Below the pieces are notes generated by a model, which was not told the origin of the DNA, ran no database searches, and saw only the letters and a program-made list of their open reading frames with translations. Positions 36,333-39,368 of a stretch of DNA of 39,368 nt are shown here, piece by piece. This stretch comes from Escherichia phage Sekstaphage-1, in sequence record OR545379; one strand, written 5' to 3'. How positions within the stretch are numbered: the first letter of the stretch is position 1; each line of letters starts with the position of its first letter. A program made the position numbers and the translations under genes.

Positions 36333-38070
36333 TGCGCTAATCATTGCGCAGCTTAAGGGTGACTTCGTGGCCTTCCTGTTCGTATTGTGGAAGGCTTTGG
36401 CTCTCCCGCCACCGACTAAGTGTCAGATTGATATGGCCCGGTGTCTGGCTAACGGAGACAACAAGAAGTTTATCCTACAGGCTTTCCGTGGTATCGGTAA
36501 GTCATTCATCACCTGTGCGTTCGTTGTGTGGACGTTATGGCGTGACCCTCAGTTAAAGATACTGATTGTCTCTGCATCCAAAGAACGTGCGGACGCTAAC
36601 TCCATCTTCATTAAGAACATCATTGATCTTCTGCCCTTCTTGGCTGAGCTAAAGCCTCGTCCCGGTCAGCGTGACTCTGTGATTAGTTTCGATGTTGGCC
36701 CTGCCAAGCCTGACCACTCTCCGTCTGTGAAGTCGGTGGGTATCACTGGTCAGTTGACTGGTAGTCGTGCTGATATCATCATAGCGGATGACGTTGAGAT
36801 TCCGTCTAACTCCGCAACTCAAGGTGCCCGTGAGAAGCTGTGGACTCTGGTGCAGGAATTTGCTGCGCTTCTGAAACCGCTGCCGACCTCTCGCGTTATC
36901 TACCTTGGTACGCCTCAAACCGAAATGACCTTGTACAAGGAACTCGAAGATAACCGTGGGTACACCACAATCATCTGGCCCGCGCTCTATCCGCGTAGCC
37001 GTGAGGAAGACTTGTACTATGGCGACCGTCTGGCCCCGATGCTCCGCGAAGAGTTCAACGATGGGTTCGAGATGCTCCAAGGTCAACCGACTGACCCCGT
37101 GCGCTTCGATATGGAAGACCTGCGTGAGCGTGAGTTGGAATACGGTAAGGCTGGCTTCACTTTGCAGTTCATGCTCAACCCGAACCTGAGTGATGCCGAG
37201 AAGTACCCCTTACGCCTCCGTGATGCTATCGTGTGCGGTCTGGACTTCGAGAAAGCCCCAATGCATTACCAGTGGCTTCCGAACCGTCAGAATCGCAATG
37301 AAGAGCTACCTAACGTGGGCCTTAAGGGTGATGACATTCATAGCTATCATTCATGCAGTCAGAACACTGGACAGTACCAACAGCGCATCCTCGTGATTGA
37401 CCCTAGTGGTCGCGGTAAGGATGAGACAGGTTACGCAGTGTTGTTCACCCTGAATGGCTACATCTATCTGATGGAAGCTGGCGGGTTCCGCGATGGTTAT
37501 TCCGATAAGACCCTTGAGTCCCTCGCTAAGAAAGCGAAGCAGTGGAAGGTTCAGACAGTGGTCTTCGAGAGTAACTTCGGGGATGGTATGTTTGGTAAGG
37601 TATTCAGCCCGGTTCTCCTGAAACACCATGCAGCGCAGCTTGAAGAGATTCGTGCTCGTGGTATGAAGGAACTACGCATTTGTGATACGCTGGAGCCTGT
37701 ACTCTCTACGCACCGCCTTGTGATTCGTGACGAGGTGATTCGTGAGGACTACCAGACTGCCCGTGACGCCGATGGCAAGCATGACGTTCGATACTCGTTG
37801 TTCTACCAGTTGACCCGTATGGCTCGTGAGAAGGGCGCTGTGGCCCACGATGACCGACTTGATGCGTTAGCATTAGGTGTGGAGTTCTTACGCTCTACGA
37901 TGGAACTGGACGCCGTGAAGGTGGAAGCTGAGGTGCTTGAGGCATTCTTAGAGGAACACATGGAGCACCCAATCCATTCGGCTGGTCACGTAGTTACCGC
38001 TATGGTTGACGGGATGGAACTCTATTGGGAGGATGACGATGTGAATAGCAACAGGTTCATTGACTGGTAA
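36307..38070 (+). CDS. 19: Terminase large subunit (gp19)
   Basis: 587-aa ORF; size and position of T7 gp19; overlaps the end of gene 18.5 as in T7. Confidence 0.95.
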   Translation: MSDTQANRNALIIAQLKGDFVAFLFVLWKALALPPPTKCQIDMARCLANGDNKKFILQAFRGIGKSFITCAFVVWTLWRDPQLKILIVSASKERADANSIFIKNIIDLLPFLAELKPRPGQRDSVISFDVGPAKPDHSPSVKSVGITGQLTGSRADIIIADDVEIPSNSATQGAREKLWTLVQEFAALLKPLPTSRVIYLGTPQTEMTLYKELEDNRGYTTIIWPALYPRSREEDLYYGDRLAPMLREEFNDGFEMLQGQPTDPVRFDMEDLRERELEYGKAGFTLQFMLNPNLSDAEKYPLRLRDAIVCGLDFEKAPMHYQWLPNRQNRNEELPNVGLKGDDIHSYHSCSQNTGQYQQRILVIDPSGRGKDETGYAVLFTLNGYIYLMEAGGFRDGYSDKTLESLAKKAKQWKVQTVVFESNFGDGMFGKVFSPVLLKHHAAQLEEIRARGMKELRICDTLEPVLSTHRLVIRDEVIREDYQTARDADGKHDVRYSLFYQLTRMAREKGAVAHDDRLDALALGVEFLRSTMELDAVKVEAEVLEAFLEEHMEHPIHSAGHVVTAMVDGMELYWEDDDVNSNRFIDW

Positions 38071-38079
38071 GGAGGTAAT

Positions 38080-38514
38080 ATGTTTGACGTGAGGTATGAC
38101 CCGGATGTGCCGGGGTGCCTCTCTAACTCTAAGGGTGAGCAACTCGCAGTTCTACAAGGAGAATACTTCAAGTGGAACGGCGGGAGTGCTCATCGTATTA
38201 TATGGGAAGGCTTCAATGGGAGGATACCAGACGGTTACATGGTTGACCATATAAACCGCAACAAGCAGGACAATCGGATAGAGAACCTACGACTGGTCAC
38301 TCGGTCCCAGAATGTCCACAACTCCAAGCGTAAGAGGGCCGATGGGATGCCCAAAGGAATTACAGCACGCCAGCGGGACTTTAGGATTCTGGTCCATAAG
38401 GATTGTAAGAAGTACGTAAGGTACGCACCGACACTTGCGGAAGCCATAAAGGTCCGCGAGGAGCTTGTAGAGTCCTTGGGCCTGTCTGCATATTATGTCG
38501 ATTCATCCGCATAA
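38080..38514 (+). CDS. Free-standing HNH homing endonuclease with AP2-like domain
   Basis: 144 aa with AAGGAGG ribosome-binding site; HNH core HRIIWEGFNGRIPDGYMVDHINRNKQDNRIENLRLVTRSQN and AP2-like KGITARQRDFRILVHKDCKKYVRYAPTLAEAIKVREEL; starts 10 nt after the gene 19 stop. Confidence 0.85.
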   Translation: MFDVRYDPDVPGCLSNSKGEQLAVLQGEYFKWNGGSAHRIIWEGFNGRIPDGYMVDHINRNKQDNRIENLRLVTRSQNVHNSKRKRADGMPKGITARQRDFRILVHKDCKKYVRYAPTLAEAIKVREELVESLGLSAYYVDSSA

Positions 38515-38573
38515 GGATTCATTGAGACCACGGATGGTCACTTTAAGAAACTCCTTAAGAATCAATGAGTTTG

Positions 38574-38596
38574 CATTAACCCTCACTAAAGGGAGA
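38574..38596 (+). promoter_or_regulatory. Phage RNAP promoter (phiOR-like)
   Basis: cATTAACCCTCACTAAAGGGAGA. Confidence 0.85.
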
Positions 38597-38736
38597 GAGG
38601 GGACTTAAAGCTACTATATAGGTTAGTCATTCAGGTTATGCAATGACCCTTTATGCACTTTAAGTCTACCTCTGTGATTGGTGATATTATCATTGTATAA
38701 TCACCCTACCTTAGAGCAACTGAAAGGAGGTGGCTC

Positions 38737-38886
38737 ATGTTACGCTTGCTGATTGCCCTGCTGCGTCATAGAGTCACTTGGCGATTTCTTATTGTACTTG
38801 GTGCTGCCATTGGGTACGCAGGTCTTACTGACAACCTCAGTGAACTGGAAATGGCCTTTTGCTCTCTACTCTCTTGTAGCGATTAA
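38737..38886 (+). CDS. 19.5: Gene 19.5 homolog (small hydrophobic protein)
   Basis: 49 aa MLRLLIALLRHRVTWRFLIVLGAAIGYAGLTDNLSELEMAFCSLLSCSD, closely matches T7 gp19.5; AGGAGG ribosome-binding site. Confidence 0.85.
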   Translation: MLRLLIALLRHRVTWRFLIVLGAAIGYAGLTDNLSELEMAFCSLLSCSD

Positions 38887-39083
38887 GCTGCTTATGGGGG
38901 GGACAGACGCTTGTGAACACCGAGGGATTCGGAGGTATAGTTTCACTACACCACCTCATCCCTATAGAGTCAACCCTTAAGGGTTTACCTAAAGATGCCC
39001 TGTAGTTCCTAACGCTGGTCTACAGGGTCTCCTAGCTATCCCTTCGGGATGCGCCTATGGTCTCACCTATGGTGTGGCCTTAC

Positions 39084-39103
39084 CTAAAGTGGGTTCCTAA
39101 AGA
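39084..39103. repeat. CCTAAAG heptamer repeats near the right end
   Basis: TACCTAAAGTGGGTTCCTAAAGAG carries two copies of the heptamer just left of the right terminal repeat. Confidence 0.6.
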
Positions 39104-39141
39104 GACCCTTTAAGAATTTACTACAAAAATCTGAATGGGTA

Positions 39142-39368
39142 TCTCACAGTGTAAGAACCTCAAGTACCCCCATAGCCCTCTTAAAGCCACCAAAAGGAAG
39201 CCCTACCCCTAGGGTTTAACCTTCGGTTAACCTTGGGTCTCTCATCAAGTGGCCTATAGGATAGCCTAAAGTGGTGCCTAAAGTCAATACCTAAAGTGAT
39301 GGCTGCCTATTGGAGACTTAAAGAGTGTCCTAGTGTACCAGTTCGATAGTACATCTCTATGTATCCCT
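39142..39368. repeat. Right direct terminal repeat (TR)
   Basis: Identical to 1..227. Confidence 0.9.

Noticed and set aside
38753-38980. 75-aa + strand ORF
   Set aside because: Out of frame with and overlapping the conserved gene 19.5 (38737..38886); no ribosome-binding site.

Overview
The window reads as a complete linear genome of a strictly lytic T7-supergroup podophage of the T3 type. It has about 227 bp direct terminal repeats (1..227 = 39142..39368), and every credible gene is on the + strand in the canonical T7/T3 order (0.3 to 19.5). I identified the genes by recalled similarity to T7/T3 proteins, reading frame, ribosome-binding sites and synteny; no database search was run. Supported regulatory signals are three sigma70 early promoters (A1 to A3 type), 14 T3-type phage RNA polymerase promoters (consensus AATTAACCCTCACTAAAGGGAGA), about 7 RNase III-type hairpins, the early terminator TE and the late terminator Tphi. 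I saw no tRNA, CRISPR array, integrase or repressor. The accessory content is selfish DNA: a roughly 601-nt group I intron with its own HNH endonuclease gene splits the DNA polymerase gene exactly at the catalytic H|DE motif, and three related free-standing HNH-AP2 endonuclease genes sit in intergenic gaps beside essential genes. Other points worth a second look are a single ORF fusing gene 1.6-like and 1.7-like sequence, an in-frame TGA inside the gene 6.3 homolog, a CCCAAAG -1 frameshift site that adds an Ig-like domain to the capsid protein, and a repeat-rich tail fibre longer than T7's. I do not see evidence for a wholly new defence or anti-defence system; the intron and endonuclease complement is the most distinctive feature.
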